DNA from: Candidatus Woesearchaeota archaeon
GTDB taxonomy: Archaea; Nanobdellota; Nanobdellia; Woesearchaeales; ARS49
Direction of reading: 5' to 3'
Assembly: GCA_038884975.1 (NCBI GenBank)
Contig: JAWAAW010000003.1
Span: 19,502 to 83,501 of the forward strand
DNA: 64,000 nucleotides
A program made the position numbers and the translations under genes. Shown piece by piece: positions 1 to 10,699 of the stretch; positions within the stretch are counted from its first letter, which is position 1; the number at the start of each line of letters is the position of its first letter. The notes under the pieces are model-generated. The model searched no databases. It was not told the origin of the DNA and saw only the letters and a list, made by a program, of their open reading frames with translations.

Positions 1-444
1 GGAATGAGTAAAACTGGGTAAGCACAACAACAAAAACCACGGAATAAAAGAACAGAATGTTAAGCGAATAAGCAAGCCAAAGCCCCGGCACAAGCAAAAA
101 AACAGACCACAACAATGCTGAAAAAACACCAATCCTGCCAGCAGCAATCGGCCTTTTTCGCTTTTCAGGATGAGCCCTATCCTTCTTCCTGTCAACAACA
201 TCATTGATTATGTAATTAAACGAGGAACAAAGGCACAAACTCACAAAACCAAGCAATGAAACCCAGAACAAAGGCAGCTCAAACATCTTGCCAACAAATA
301 TTAATGGCAAGAAGACAAGCAAGTTCTTGTACCACTGCAAAGGCCTAAGCACTCTCACGTAATCAAGCACTGCCATAAGTTTTGACGACTTTCAGGGGAT
401 TTATTAAGGTTTTGCCTGACGATAACTTTATAAGCAGTTCATAA

Positions 445-1728
445 ATGGTCAGAAACATGCGCGCAATAATACTCGGTGGCGGACTGTCAGGGCTGGTTGC
501 TGCTGACAAGCTGCTTGATTCAGGAAAAGCAGAAGTAACAATCCTTGAAAAAACACCATACCTTGGCGGTCTCGCAAGAAGCGTTGAAATAGACGGCGAA
601 CAAATCCCAATATTCAACCACCACATCGTGCGCACAAACAAAAAAACACTTGAATACCTAAAACGTTATGACCTGCTCGGCAACAATACATGGAAGCGCA
701 TCAACCTAGCAATAGCATGGAAAAACAGGATTTACAACATCAACAAGCCTTGGAAATACCTGTTTTTCAAATACCTAAACCTGATTGAAAAGATAAGGTT
801 CGGCCTTTTCGGGCTTTATGTTGCTTATTTCTTCAATCCTGACAAACTGCCTGACGACCTTGACGCAGAAACCTGGCTGAACAAGGCATGCGGAAAGGCA
901 GTCACGCAGAAAATGCACTACCAGCTCTATGCAAGGAACAAGTTCAATATTCCCTTAAGCCAGATTTCTGCAAAGCAATTCGCAAACAGAATGAAGGAAA
1001 GAGAATTCAATGACAAGTTCACTTACCCAACACGGGGAATACAAGGGTTGATTGACGGCCTTGAAAAAGATGTTGTCTCAAAAGGAGGAAAAATATTCAG
1101 AAAGGCAGAAACAACAAGCATTGACGTACAGAAGAAAGTCATAACTTACAAAGTCGGCGGAAAAGAAAACACAGAAGTATATGACGTCCTGATAAACACA
1201 ATACCTGTCGCTGAATTCCTGAAAATTGCCAAAGGACTACCAAAAGAATATGCTAACAACATCAAAAAAGTAAGATACACGCCAGTTGTTGGACTGGTTT
1301 TTGGCACAAAAGACTACTTAGACAAGGAGAATTACTGGATAAACTTTTTTGGCGAAAGAGTGCACGTACTCTACCAACACTCATTACTTATTAACAAGTA
1401 CAGTACAAAAGTATCATGGGTAGACCGGTATGGAGGCAGCGCAGAAGACCTGCCAAAATCAGACGAAGAAATCAAGGAATTATACCTTGCTGACCTGAAA
1501 AAATATTTCCCAAAAATGGATGTGAAATGGTGCTTCGTATTCAGGGAAAAATACGCAGAACCCATTTATGACAAGGACTATTGCAAATACTGCCCGAAAT
1601 ACAAAACACCTGTCCAAGGCTTATACAACGCAGGAATACAAGTCACGTTCCCAAAAATAAGAAACATGGACGTCGCGCTTGACAGCGGCGAAAAAGTTGC
1701 CAAAATAGTGCTGGAGGACTTCAAATGA
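445..1728 (+). CDS. FAD/NAD(P)-binding oxidoreductase, amine-oxidase / UDP-galactopyranose-mutase-like
   Basis: N-terminal Rossmann motif ILGGGLSGLVAA then ILEK..YLGG and an H-x-I motif, which is Glf/amine-oxidase-like architecture. About 427 aa. Stop overlaps the start of the next gene (ATGA). Confidence 0.6.
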   Translation: MVRNMRAIILGGGLSGLVAADKLLDSGKAEVTILEKTPYLGGLARSVEIDGEQIPIFNHHIVRTNKKTLEYLKRYDLLGNNTWKRINLAIAWKNRIYNINKPWKYLFFKYLNLIEKIRFGLFGLYVAYFFNPDKLPDDLDAETWLNKACGKAVTQKMHYQLYARNKFNIPLSQISAKQFANRMKEREFNDKFTYPTRGIQGLIDGLEKDVVSKGGKIFRKAETTSIDVQKKVITYKVGGKENTEVYDVLINTIPVAEFLKIAKGLPKEYANNIKKVRYTPVVGLVFGTKDYLDKENYWINFFGERVHVLYQHSLLINKYSTKVSWVDRYGGSAEDLPKSDEEIKELYLADLKKYFPKMDVKWCFVFREKYAEPIYDKDYCKYCPKYKTPVQGLYNAGIQVTFPKIRNMDVALDSGEKVAKIVLEDFK

Positions 1729-2657
1729 AAATAGTCGTGACTGGCGCAGCAGGACTTGTAGGACAAAACCTCATACCAATGCTTCTCGCAGAAGGGCACA
1801 CAGTTACTGCAATTGACAGAAACCCAAACATAAACCTCCTAAAAAGGCTGAACCCAAAAACAAATTGCATACAAGCAGACGTAAGCTATCCCGGCAAATG
1901 GGAAAAAGCATTCAAGGACGCTGACTGCGTGATAGAACTACATGCACAAATTGCAGCACAGACATCAGCGCCTTTTGAAAGAAGCAACATCGAAGGCGTA
2001 AACAATGTTCTTGAATTATGCAAGAAATACAAGATAAAAAACCTCATACACGTAAGTTCATCAGTAGTCATTTCTGTAGCAAAAGACGAATACACAAGAA
2101 CAAAACGCATTGGTGAAGAACTCGTGCACAAAAGCAAAGTCCCACACACAATACTAAGACCGCCACTCATGTTTGGCTGCTTTGACGCAAAACACCTCGG
2201 ATGGATAACACGCTTCATGGAAAAAACACCAATAGTCCCAATACCCGGCTCAGGAAAATACATCAGACAGCCCCTTTACGTCAACGACCTGTGCAAAGTC
2301 ATAATTGAACTCACAAAAAGAAAACCACAAAACAAGATTTACAACATAATCGGACTAGAAAAAATATACTACATAGACTTACTGAAAACAATTGCAAAAA
2401 CAAGAGGATGGAAAAGACTTTTTGTTCCATTGCCTTTATGGCTTTTCGGATTCCTTTTAAGGGCTTACAGCCTTATTTTCCGCAAAACAGTATTTACACC
2501 AGACCAAATGAAAGCATTAGTTGCAGGAGACGAATTCCCTGTTGAGAACTGGTGCGAGGAATTCGGAGTCAGATACACGCCATTCAAGGAAGCAATCTGG
2601 AAAACCTGGCACAGCCCCTGCTCAAAGTACGCAAAAGAAATGATTTCACCACATTAG
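1725..2657 (+). CDS. NAD-dependent epimerase/dehydratase (SDR)
   Basis: N-terminus MKIVVTGAAGLVGQNL is a Rossmann motif. Size is 310 aa. Translationally coupled to the upstream oxidoreductase. Confidence 0.8.
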   Translation: MKIVVTGAAGLVGQNLIPMLLAEGHTVTAIDRNPNINLLKRLNPKTNCIQADVSYPGKWEKAFKDADCVIELHAQIAAQTSAPFERSNIEGVNNVLELCKKYKIKNLIHVSSSVVISVAKDEYTRTKRIGEELVHKSKVPHTILRPPLMFGCFDAKHLGWITRFMEKTPIVPIPGSGKYIRQPLYVNDLCKVIIELTKRKPQNKIYNIIGLEKIYYIDLLKTIAKTRGWKRLFVPLPLWLFGFLLRAYSLIFRKTVFTPDQMKALVAGDEFPVENWCEEFGVRYTPFKEAIWKTWHSPCSKYAKEMISPH

Positions 2658-3700
2658 AAAAACCACCTAACTATTGCGAGAATCCCCTGCTTCCAAGGAA
2701 CCCTGTGAGTGACTCCTGACTTGCCTTGATATTCCCTGTAATGCTGCAAATACCACTTGTAACTATCAATCAACGCATCAACATTGCTGTATTTCGGCTT
2801 AAAACCAAGCACTCTCTTTGCCTTGTCAATTGAAACAAAAGAATCCTTGTCAGCAGTCTCATAAACCCACTTGTACAAAGGCGAAAGCTTAAGCTTCTCA
2901 AGAATTCTCAAAGTGTTAATGACGAGCCAAGGAGGGGTCCCAATGACCCTCCTGTGAAATCCTGCATAATCAAGCAATGCCTGATAGTCCTTTTTCATAG
3001 TGCTGAATCTCTCTGCACCAATATTGAAAGTATCATTTGCAACCCTTGCAGGCTTTGTAGAAGCAAGCCAGATCGCCTCATTAAGGTCCTCAACATGGAG
3101 CAATTGGTAAAGGTTGTTTCCCCAACCAACAATCGGAATATTCTTGCCACGCCTCACCCAATCAAAAAGCACGTCAAAAACCCCAAGCCTTCCCGCACCA
3201 ATAAATGACTTCGGCCTAAGAATCGGGACACAAATCCTATTCCTGTACGATTCTGCAATCTTTTCACCAACAACCTTGCTCTCACCATAAGGACCAACAC
3301 CCTCAAGCCGGTCAGTCTCATAAAGCGGGTGATGGTCAGGAATACCATAAACAGCCGTTGTTGAAATATGCACAACACGCTCAATACCAAGCTCCTCAGC
3401 AACCTCCAAAACAGCCTTTGTGCCATTAATGTTAACAGACCTTATTTCAGAAGGCTTCCACAAAGGCAAACCAGCAGCAGCATGCACAATAACATCAACA
3501 CCCATCGCTGCCTTCCTCAAAAGGTCTTTGTTCCTTATGTCTCCTTGAAAGTGCTGAACACCTTTGATATCAGGATAATCAAAAGGACTCTTGTCAATAG
3601 TCCTCACAATACAACCTTTTTTCAACAAGTAACGTGCAAGATTATGCCCAAGAAAACCTGCACCACCAGTTATCAGGAACGTAAGTTGTTTCTGTTTCAT
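2654..3700 (-). CDS. NAD-dependent epimerase/dehydratase (UDP-sugar 4-epimerase-like)
   Basis: TGGAGFLGHNLARYL Rossmann motif and a YxxxK region. 348 aa. Confidence 0.85.
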   Translation of the reverse strand: MKQKQLTFLITGGAGFLGHNLARYLLKKGCIVRTIDKSPFDYPDIKGVQHFQGDIRNKDLLRKAAMGVDVIVHAAAGLPLWKPSEIRSVNINGTKAVLEVAEELGIERVVHISTTAVYGIPDHHPLYETDRLEGVGPYGESKVVGEKIAESYRNRICVPILRPKSFIGAGRLGVFDVLFDWVRRGKNIPIVGWGNNLYQLLHVEDLNEAIWLASTKPARVANDTFNIGAERFSTMKKDYQALLDYAGFHRRVIGTPPWLVINTLRILEKLKLSPLYKWVYETADKDSFVSIDKAKRVLGFKPKYSNVDALIDSYKWYLQHYREYQGKSGVTHRVPWKQGILAIVRWFF

Positions 3701-3743
3701 CTTGGTTATTATCGCACAGCGGATTGCTTTTAAATCTTATGGA

Positions 3744-5483
3744 TTACCTGCTTATCCTGTAAACCTGTATTGCAGGCAAGTCATTTATGTTCGCCGAGGT
3801 TACAATGCTCATTCTTGATTCCAGTTCCTTGTTGAAAGGCTGGAAAGGAACTGCAAGAAGGTCAAACACCCTTGAGTCAGGCACTGAAATGTCCTTCCTC
3901 TCCCTCACCTTCCTGAATGTCACGTTGTTTTCAGAAAGATACTGCTCAAATTTCGCGTCAACAAAAACAGGCTGTTGTTGCATATAACCATCAACAAGCA
4001 CGTACTTGACATCATAAGCATCAAGAAGCCTATTCGTAAGTTCGCTATTATTGCCATAGAGCATCACAACACCATCAGCGTAACGTTTCTCAACATCAAC
4101 AAAATAATTGGCATGAGTCCTCCTGACAAAAACGCATTTTCTTCCTGTCAAGCCATTCATTGCAAAACACGACTCGTCATTACTCAGAAAAACATCATTA
4201 ATTCCCGTATTCTTTTGAATCCACACGCCAATTGTGAACCATGCCTGCGTTCCAGGATCAAACTGCTCACCAAACTGCACCCACCTGTTTGACCTGTACT
4301 CACCATAACGCTGCACGAACAGCACAACTACAAGCAGAAGAATAATCGCGAACACAACATTTCTGCCATTCGGCCACTTTTTCCCAGCAAGCTGGACAAC
4401 TGTGCGCACGCCATAAACAGCAAATAGCAGTAATGGCAGAGAAATCCCCCACAAATGAGAAGGTAAGACCCACCTATCAAACAAAGGCCTAGTAATCAAA
4501 TGATGCATTGGCGCAAGAAAACCAGCAACATACCACAAAACAACATAACGCGGCTCTTTTTTATTAAAATTCAAGACACACACGACAAGACCAACGACTG
4601 ACAACAAGGTCACTATTGTTGACGCAAATGATGAAAAATTAAATGTTGAACTAAAAAGCGTCCTAAACATCCAACCAAACCCCAACAAGTCAATGTCAGT
4701 CCCATTATACTGAAAAAGAGGATTAAGCGTTTTAGCGTGATAATTAACTATAATCGGACCATAAAACAAAAGAGAAACAACAAAACCTACCAAAAGCATC
4801 GGAATATGCGTCCTAAAAGCATTCATAATTGCTGTTTTTTTGTCTTTTTGCAATAAAGTATTCACAACAACAGCGAAAGCATACATAGCCATCCCAGCCA
4901 AAAAGAAAGCAACATGCGAAAGCGCAGTACAACCCATAAACAAACCCGCAAGAAGCTTGTCACGCATCCCGCCGGTTTCTTCTGCCTTAAGCCAAAAACC
5001 AAACCACAAAGGAATAGTAATCATCCAAGGCAAAAGGTTTGGGGCACCGTCAGGTATTCCCCTTAAAACCAACGAGAAAAGCAAAACCACAAGAGCCCAA
5101 GTATCAGACTTAAACAATTGCTTTCCAAGAAAATAATAAGCAATAGCAGACAAAATTGTTGTAACAAGCCCAACATACATCTCAGCACGCAACATCGTAA
5201 CACCAGGCAACAAACTCAACAAGATAAACACATAATTCCCCAGCCACGGATAAAAAGAATAATGCCCAACAAAATAAGGATCACTCCAAAAACCATTAGC
5301 CAAATAATTCAACGCAAAACCATGGTGCGCGTAAAGGTCTCCGCCATAATAAGGCCCTGGCAGGTGCTTAAGCCTTGAATAAAGAGACAACAAAACACCA
5401 AGATAAACAAAAACCGCAACAACAGCTACCTTGACCTGCCACTTCCACCTACTCTCTTGCTGTTCTTCCACTAAAAGAAGCAC
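3744..5483 (-). CDS. Polytopic membrane protein, GT-C-like glycosyltransferase candidate
   Basis: 579 aa with more than 10 hydrophobic helices in the N-terminal two thirds and a soluble C-terminal domain. Sits inside the glycosylation locus. Confidence 0.5.
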   Translation of the reverse strand: MLLLVEEQQESRWKWQVKVAVVAVFVYLGVLLSLYSRLKHLPGPYYGGDLYAHHGFALNYLANGFWSDPYFVGHYSFYPWLGNYVFILLSLLPGVTMLRAEMYVGLVTTILSAIAYYFLGKQLFKSDTWALVVLLFSLVLRGIPDGAPNLLPWMITIPLWFGFWLKAEETGGMRDKLLAGLFMGCTALSHVAFFLAGMAMYAFAVVVNTLLQKDKKTAIMNAFRTHIPMLLVGFVVSLLFYGPIIVNYHAKTLNPLFQYNGTDIDLLGFGWMFRTLFSSTFNFSSFASTIVTLLSVVGLVVCVLNFNKKEPRYVVLWYVAGFLAPMHHLITRPLFDRWVLPSHLWGISLPLLLFAVYGVRTVVQLAGKKWPNGRNVVFAIILLLVVVLFVQRYGEYRSNRWVQFGEQFDPGTQAWFTIGVWIQKNTGINDVFLSNDESCFAMNGLTGRKCVFVRRTHANYFVDVEKRYADGVVMLYGNNSELTNRLLDAYDVKYVLVDGYMQQQPVFVDAKFEQYLSENNVTFRKVRERKDISVPDSRVFDLLAVPFQPFNKELESRMSIVTSANINDLPAIQVYRISR

Positions 5484-5528
5484 AAACAGTATGTTTTAAA
5501 ATCTTGTGGTCAGCATCACTGCGTCGTT

Positions 5529-5543
5529 CATAATCTTTATATA
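5529..5543 (+). promoter_or_regulatory. BRE-like CATAATC plus TATA box TTTATATA, centred about 26 nt upstream of ATG 5566 (leaderless start predicted)
   Basis: Sequence cataatctttatata. The spacing to the ATG fits the archaeal -26/-27 TATA position. Confidence 0.4.
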
Positions 5544-5565
5544 GCGTTATTCTGGAAAATTGTAT

Positions 5566-7062
5566 ATGGCATCCTATGCCCGAAAGGCGATTCATGGCAC
5601 AGTAACGGTGTTTGTCCTCTCACTCCTCGCGGCATTAGCAGCGTATTTTTTCAGGCTTTTATTGGCGCGCAAGCTGAGCATAGAGGATTACGGGCTTTTC
5701 TTTGCCCTGTTCTCATTCATAAACTTGCTTAACCTATTCAAGGACTTTGGTGTGGGTTATGCCATACTGAAATTCATACCTTGCCTTGTTGTAACAAAAA
5801 AATGGGGCCAGATCAAGTCGCTCATTATAACCAGTTTTGTTATCCAATTTATTTCTGCAGGACTACTCACAATAATCCTGATTGTTGCAGCACCTTGGCT
5901 GATGGAAGAATTCATCCATAGCTCCAACACCACACTGTTTGTGCTCTTTGCATGGGTATTCTTTATCTCATTCCCCCAGAACGCCATAGGCGTCTGCTTC
6001 CAGGGATTCCAGCGCATGTTACTGTTTTCTCTCCAAGACCTTTTGCGAAATGTAATTGTCCTGACGCTTACCTTACTACTAATACGTTTTGGCTTTGGCA
6101 TTAAGGCACCTATCTGGGCGTATTTAGCAATGTACATAATCATGTTTGTATTCTCATTCAGCATTTTCACAACACAAGTCTTCCCAAAATTCTGGAAAGT
6201 CAAAGCTGAGATATCCCATATGCACTTTCGTGCACTCCTTATGTTCGGACTTCCAGCAATGCTTTCCTTGTTTGGCACCAACATACTACAATATACAGAC
6301 ACGCTCGTGCTTACATATTTTCGCGGACTGACCAGCGTCGGCCTTTATCAGGTGGCGGTGCCGCTTGCAGCGCTTGTGCTATATTTTTCAAATGCGGCAT
6401 CCGCAGTTATCACCCCCCTTACTGCCGAGCTGATGGCACGCAAAAAGCGCGCAATGCTCTGCTTAGGCATAGAACTCCTTCACAAGTATTTGCTCGTAAT
6501 AGTGATCCCCTTCGCATCTCTGTTTGTTGCATTTCCTGAGATTTTCATCAGGATATTTTTTGGTGAAAAATTCCTTGCTGCCGCACCTGCCCTCCAAATT
6601 CTTGCAGTTGGCGCAGTATTATGCACGATCGGATACGTAAACCTAAATGTTCTCTTCGGCTTGGGCAAGCCAATGCGGAACACATTCGTAATGGGATGCA
6701 CTGTTATCTCAAACATTTTGCTTACCCTACTTCTCATTCCAAGCTACGACATTGTGGGTGCTGCACTGGCAACTACAACCAGTTACTTTCTTATGCTCAT
6801 TCTGAGCCTTAATTCAATCAGGAAATCAGTCAAGATACACCTGCCTATATTTGCGTTAGCCAGAGTGTTAATTGCAGCACTGGCTTTTATTGCTATCCTT
6901 GCAATAGTCAAGCGCATCCTTGTACTAAATCCCTTAATCGAGCTTTGCGTAAGTGCTGTAGCCGGCAGCATAGTGTATATTCTTGCGCTATTTGTCCTGC
7001 ACGTTATAACAAGGCAGGATATTAAATGGCTATACTCCATAATTGGATTCAGGCTGAAATAA
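5566..7062 (+). CDS. Wzx-like oligosaccharide flippase (MOP/polysaccharide biosynthesis protein family)
   Basis: About 498 aa with 12-14 predicted TM helices and no soluble domain, typical of the polysaccharide biosynthesis protein family. The ORF track starts at a TTG at 5560; the ATG at 5566 is preferred. Confidence 0.7.
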   Translation: MASYARKAIHGTVTVFVLSLLAALAAYFFRLLLARKLSIEDYGLFFALFSFINLLNLFKDFGVGYAILKFIPCLVVTKKWGQIKSLIITSFVIQFISAGLLTIILIVAAPWLMEEFIHSSNTTLFVLFAWVFFISFPQNAIGVCFQGFQRMLLFSLQDLLRNVIVLTLTLLLIRFGFGIKAPIWAYLAMYIIMFVFSFSIFTTQVFPKFWKVKAEISHMHFRALLMFGLPAMLSLFGTNILQYTDTLVLTYFRGLTSVGLYQVAVPLAALVLYFSNAASAVITPLTAELMARKKRAMLCLGIELLHKYLLVIVIPFASLFVAFPEIFIRIFFGEKFLAAAPALQILAVGAVLCTIGYVNLNVLFGLGKPMRNTFVMGCTVISNILLTLLLIPSYDIVGAALATTTSYFLMLILSLNSIRKSVKIHLPIFALARVLIAALAFIAILAIVKRILVLNPLIELCVSAVAGSIVYILALFVLHVITRQDIKWLYSIIGFRLK

Positions 7063-7067
7063 ACTAA

Positions 7068-8147
7068 TTAAATTGCACGAAGAACCTTCATTCTCGCAAT
7101 CTCATTAACAACATCGTCAACAGTAATGTCGCTCATACGCCTCTTCCAAACATTCCTGTATTTTTCTTCTGAATATCCCCAACGATTTGGATCTTCAGGA
7201 CCAAAAAGCTCAAGCAATGGAACATTGAAGGCTCTTGCGATATGGGCAGGCCCTGTATCGGGGCCAACGAAAAAGGCACACCGCTTTATCACAGCACACA
7301 AGTCCTGCAAGGACGTCTTACCAACAAGGTTTATTACTTTCTTCTTGTGCTTCATCGCACTTATTATTTCACTAACATCCACAGCATCGGTCTTTCTTCC
7401 TGTGAGCACGATGAAAACGTCATATCGCTCTATCAACGAATCTGCAACGTTAGCCCAGCGCTCATTCAGCCAGTACTTTTCCTTTCTGCCGCTTGCTGGA
7501 GTAATGCAGACCAGCTTGTGTCTACCTGCCTTTTTCAGGAGCAATTGCGCATTTCTTTTTGCCGTATCTGAAATGTGCAGCTCTAAGTTAGGGGAGCTGT
7601 CTGCGCCAAGTGCACGGACAAGGGCAAGATTGCGCTGAATCTGGTGAGTATTACAAGGATACCTTACAACCTTGTTATGCAGAAATCCAAATCCACGGAC
7701 GCCATAACCAACAGTGTATTTACCAACCCTACGTGCGAGAAGTATGTTGCGGGGGTCTGCATGAAAGTCAATGACGATGTCATATCGTTCAGTTGCCAGC
7801 TCATTAATTTTTTTCCTTGTTTCTTCAGCAGTTGCGCGCCTGCCATAAAGCCCAAGCCATAGTGCATCAAACTCAATAATCCGGTCAATATTTTTGTTGC
7901 CCTTAAGTATTCCTTTTGAAAATGAGCGGATAAGAACGTCAATCCTTGCATTTGGGAAGCGCTTTCTCAATGCGCGGAATGCAGGGGTGGTGAGCAGCAC
8001 GTCGCCGATATGGTCAATGCGGATGCACAGAATCTTTTTCGGTTCAGGCATTCTTTTCAGCCTGCGCCACCAAAATACTGCATAGCCAAGAGTATCAATA
8101 AGTGCAATGAATGGCTTGAAAATCAGTCGCGTCTCATACATTTGCAC
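7068..8147 (-). CDS. Glycosyltransferase family 9 (ADP-heptose heptosyltransferase-like)
   Basis: N-terminal KILCIRIDHIGDVLLTTPAFRALRKRFPNARIDVL motif and C-terminal GPDTGPAHIARAFNVPLLELFGPEDP motif, both diagnostic of GT9 (RfaF/WaaC-like). Confidence 0.85.
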   Translation of the reverse strand: MQMYETRLIFKPFIALIDTLGYAVFWWRRLKRMPEPKKILCIRIDHIGDVLLTTPAFRALRKRFPNARIDVLIRSFSKGILKGNKNIDRIIEFDALWLGLYGRRATAEETRKKINELATERYDIVIDFHADPRNILLARRVGKYTVGYGVRGFGFLHNKVVRYPCNTHQIQRNLALVRALGADSSPNLELHISDTAKRNAQLLLKKAGRHKLVCITPASGRKEKYWLNERWANVADSLIERYDVFIVLTGRKTDAVDVSEIISAMKHKKKVINLVGKTSLQDLCAVIKRCAFFVGPDTGPAHIARAFNVPLLELFGPEDPNRWGYSEEKYRNVWKRRMSDITVDDVVNEIARMKVLRAI

Positions 8148-8241
8148 AACCTTTTTTTAATCCGTGCATTGAGCTTTATAAACATTATGCACGTGTGCTC
8201 AATGCCAAACTTATTTAAACAACAATCCTGTTATTCGTCCA

Positions 8242-8811
8242 ATGCAATACACATTCAAGGATGCAAACGGAAAGCAATTCTACACGTTCACATTTGAGAA
8301 AGGACTTAACCTCGGCTCAGGACCACACCCGTTAACAGGTTTTGTCAATGTTGACTATTATTTTCCTGCAGATGTAAGGCACGACCTCAACAAGTTCCCT
8401 TATCCGTTCAAGGATGAAAGCTTTGATTTCATACTCGCCTCCGCAATAATGGAGCACCTTGACGATGACATTGCATTTCTCAAGGAATGCCACAGGCTGC
8501 TGAAAAAAAGAGGCAAAATCCTTATCTCAGTGCCTCACCAGTTCAGCGCCTGGCGCACAAATCCAGAGCACAAGCGCAGCTACACATGGCAATGGTTTGA
8601 TTATTTTGTCAAGCCGACAAAGGAAGCACTTGACATCAAAAAAGATTTTGTGTTCTCCCGCATTATCAAAAGAAAATTTGAGTTTTACTGGAAAAAACAG
8701 TTCTGGAACAGATTCTTTTCGTTGATATGCAATAAATACCCGCTTTTTTACGAGAGCTCATTCCTGCGAAGCTTTCCCTGCAACCATGTTTTCTGCATTT
8801 ATGAGAAATAA
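8242..8811 (+). CDS. Class I SAM-dependent methyltransferase
   Basis: FDFILASAIMEHLDD and LLKKRGKILISVP match Methyltransf_11-like motifs. 189 aa. Confidence 0.65.
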   Translation: MQYTFKDANGKQFYTFTFEKGLNLGSGPHPLTGFVNVDYYFPADVRHDLNKFPYPFKDESFDFILASAIMEHLDDDIAFLKECHRLLKKRGKILISVPHQFSAWRTNPEHKRSYTWQWFDYFVKPTKEALDIKKDFVFSRIIKRKFEFYWKKQFWNRFFSLICNKYPLFYESSFLRSFPCNHVFCIYEK

Positions 8812-8817
8812 AAAATA

Positions 8818-9840
8818 TTAAATGAGCTTGTTCCTCCATGTTACCGGCACTTCGCCACTTTCAAGTTCAAGCGCATCAAGGTATTTTGGCTGCATCGGGC
8901 CCCGCTGCTTTGCCCATTCCCACATCTTAGTAAGCCCATCCCTGAGGCTGAAGCGATCCTTGTAGCCGAGCATCCTGCACGCCTTTTCATTAGTGCACCA
9001 GGCATATTTTACCTCACGCGGCCTTGAAGGAAGATACTGCGGCTTCAAATGCTCCTTTCCTGCGATTTCAAGAATGGTCTGCGCAAGTTCATTAATTGTA
9101 TATTCCTTTGTTGGACCGATGTTGATAATGTGCCCATTGCACTCTTCTGAGAAGCCTGCCCGCATAATGCACGGCGTTTGGTCCTCAATGTAGCTGAATG
9201 AGCGCTTCTGCTCGCCATCACCATAAATGTAGAAGTGCTTATCGCGCAAAAGACAGTTCATAAAGATTGCGACCACATTCCTGTATGGGTCTGCCATGTT
9301 CTGCCTCGGGCCGTAAACATTATGCGGTCTGAGAATAGTCCATTTGAACTTATGAATGTCGCCAAGAACCTTAGTTGCCTCTTCCATAGCGAACTTGGAA
9401 ATGCCGTAAATATCTTCAGGTTTTGGCTTAAGGTCCTCATTGAACGGAGGCTTCTGCGCCCCATACACTGCCATGCTTGAGCACATCACGATCTTCTTCA
9501 TTCCGTTCTTTATAGCAGGAACAAGCAAGTTGAGATAAGCGAGGTAATTCCTGCGTGTGCAGTCAATGGGCAAAAACTGGCTCCTACCTTCTGTTGCGTC
9601 AGCAGCAAGATGATAGACTAATTCGGGCTTAATTTTCTCAACCGTCTTGCGGGTGGAAACCTCATCCCTAAGGTCCACCTGATGGAACACTGCCTTGGGA
9701 TTTACGTTTTCCCGATAACCGCCGCTAAGGTCGTCAAGCGCGTGCACTTCATGCCCTTCAGCCAGCAGGGCATCCACAAGGTGTGAGCCCATAAATCCTG
9801 CTGCGCCAGTCACGAGGATACGTTTTGTCATAAAAAACAC
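8818..9840 (-). CDS. NAD-dependent epimerase/dehydratase (sugar-nucleotide modifying SDR)
   Basis: Contains ILVTGAAGFMGSHLVDAL and a YGISK (YxxxK) catalytic motif. The likely start is M4 at 9831. Confidence 0.85.
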   Translation of the reverse strand: MFFMTKRILVTGAAGFMGSHLVDALLAEGHEVHALDDLSGGYRENVNPKAVFHQVDLRDEVSTRKTVEKIKPELVYHLAADATEGRSQFLPIDCTRRNYLAYLNLLVPAIKNGMKKIVMCSSMAVYGAQKPPFNEDLKPKPEDIYGISKFAMEEATKVLGDIHKFKWTILRPHNVYGPRQNMADPYRNVVAIFMNCLLRDKHFYIYGDGEQKRSFSYIEDQTPCIMRAGFSEECNGHIINIGPTKEYTINELAQTILEIAGKEHLKPQYLPSRPREVKYAWCTNEKACRMLGYKDRFSLRDGLTKMWEWAKQRGPMQPKYLDALELESGEVPVTWRNKLI

Positions 9841-9850
9841 TTACCGAATG

Positions 9851-10699
9851 TTATTTATTAATCTTATGCATATATGGACCACCTGCCTTTCGCAGCCATT
9901 TTGTGACCTTTCCCGACTTGGTTCTGGGAAACAGCTTGTACTGGAATACATACCAGTACAAGAAAAAGTTGTACAACGCCTGCTGAAAACAGATGCTCAA
10001 TCCTGCCTTGCCGCTCGTAAGTGCCCCTTTTGCCATATTATACGCAAGGTATGCAAAGAACCACACTGGCGCCTTAAAAAGGTAAAAGAACGGGTTGCGC
10101 TTGCCAAGTCCGAGATCAACAACCATCTGGGAATGCAAGCGGATAATAGACATGTTCTTATTCCAGAAATACCACATTGTGTTTCGCTCACCGCGCTGAT
10201 TGTGGATAAGCCGGTACGGGGTGTTTTTGACATTACCCTGCATTCTGATGCCTTCATTCGGCATACCATAAAATGTCTTCAGCGCTTTCTTCCGGAAAAA
10301 GCAGATTTTGTGAAAATTTGCAAAATATCCCTTACGAATGGGTTTTCGCCCATAAAACGTATCCCATAAAAACCCATACGCATCTACATCCGGGTCCTCT
10401 GCAAGCCTGCGCAGATTCTTACGCATTTCTGTGCTTAACACCTCATCCGCGTCAAGCCACAAAATCCAGTCGCCCCTTGCTTTCTTGAATGTAAACGGGC
10501 GGTGCGGCTCGCCATGACCAATATTTGAGCGCACAAACACTTTATCGGTATACTTTTTTGCAATTTCAAATGTTCTGTCACTTGAGGGGCCGTCCAGCAC
10601 AATGATAATCTCATCAACAACATCTTTTACGCTATCCAAGCAAGTAGGCAGCATTTCTTCCTCGTTGTAAACAACCATACACGCAGAGATTTTTTGCAT
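9851..10699 (-). CDS. Glycosyltransferase family 2
   Basis: N-terminus CMVVYNEEEMLPTCLDSV....IIVLDGPSSDRT is a GT2-A fold with a DxD-type motif. Confidence 0.85.
   Translation of the reverse strand: MQKISACMVVYNEEEMLPTCLDSVKDVVDEIIIVLDGPSSDRTFEIAKKYTDKVFVRSNIGHGEPHRPFTFKKARGDWILWLDADEVLSTEMRKNLRRLAEDPDVDAYGFLWDTFYGRKPIRKGYFANFHKICFFRKKALKTFYGMPNEGIRMQGNVKNTPYRLIHNQRGERNTMWYFWNKNMSIIRLHSQMVVDLGLGKRNPFFYLFKAPVWFFAYLAYNMAKGALTSGKAGLSICFQQALYNFFLYWYVFQYKLFPRTKSGKVTKWLRKAGGPYMHKINK

Noticed and set aside
363-641. 92-aa minus-strand ORF overlapping the start of the FAD oxidoreductase gene
   Set aside because: It is antisense to a well-supported gene start and promoter region, with low-complexity S/P-rich sequence. 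It is a shadow ORF.
7126-7638. Multiple 60-170-aa ORFs antisense to annotated genes (e.g. 7126..7638, 14649..15071, 24227..24913, 35465..35722)
   Set aside because: Each lies wholly inside and opposite to a longer ORF with clear family motifs. None has an independent RBS or promoter signal or recognisable domains. They are treated as shadow ORFs.
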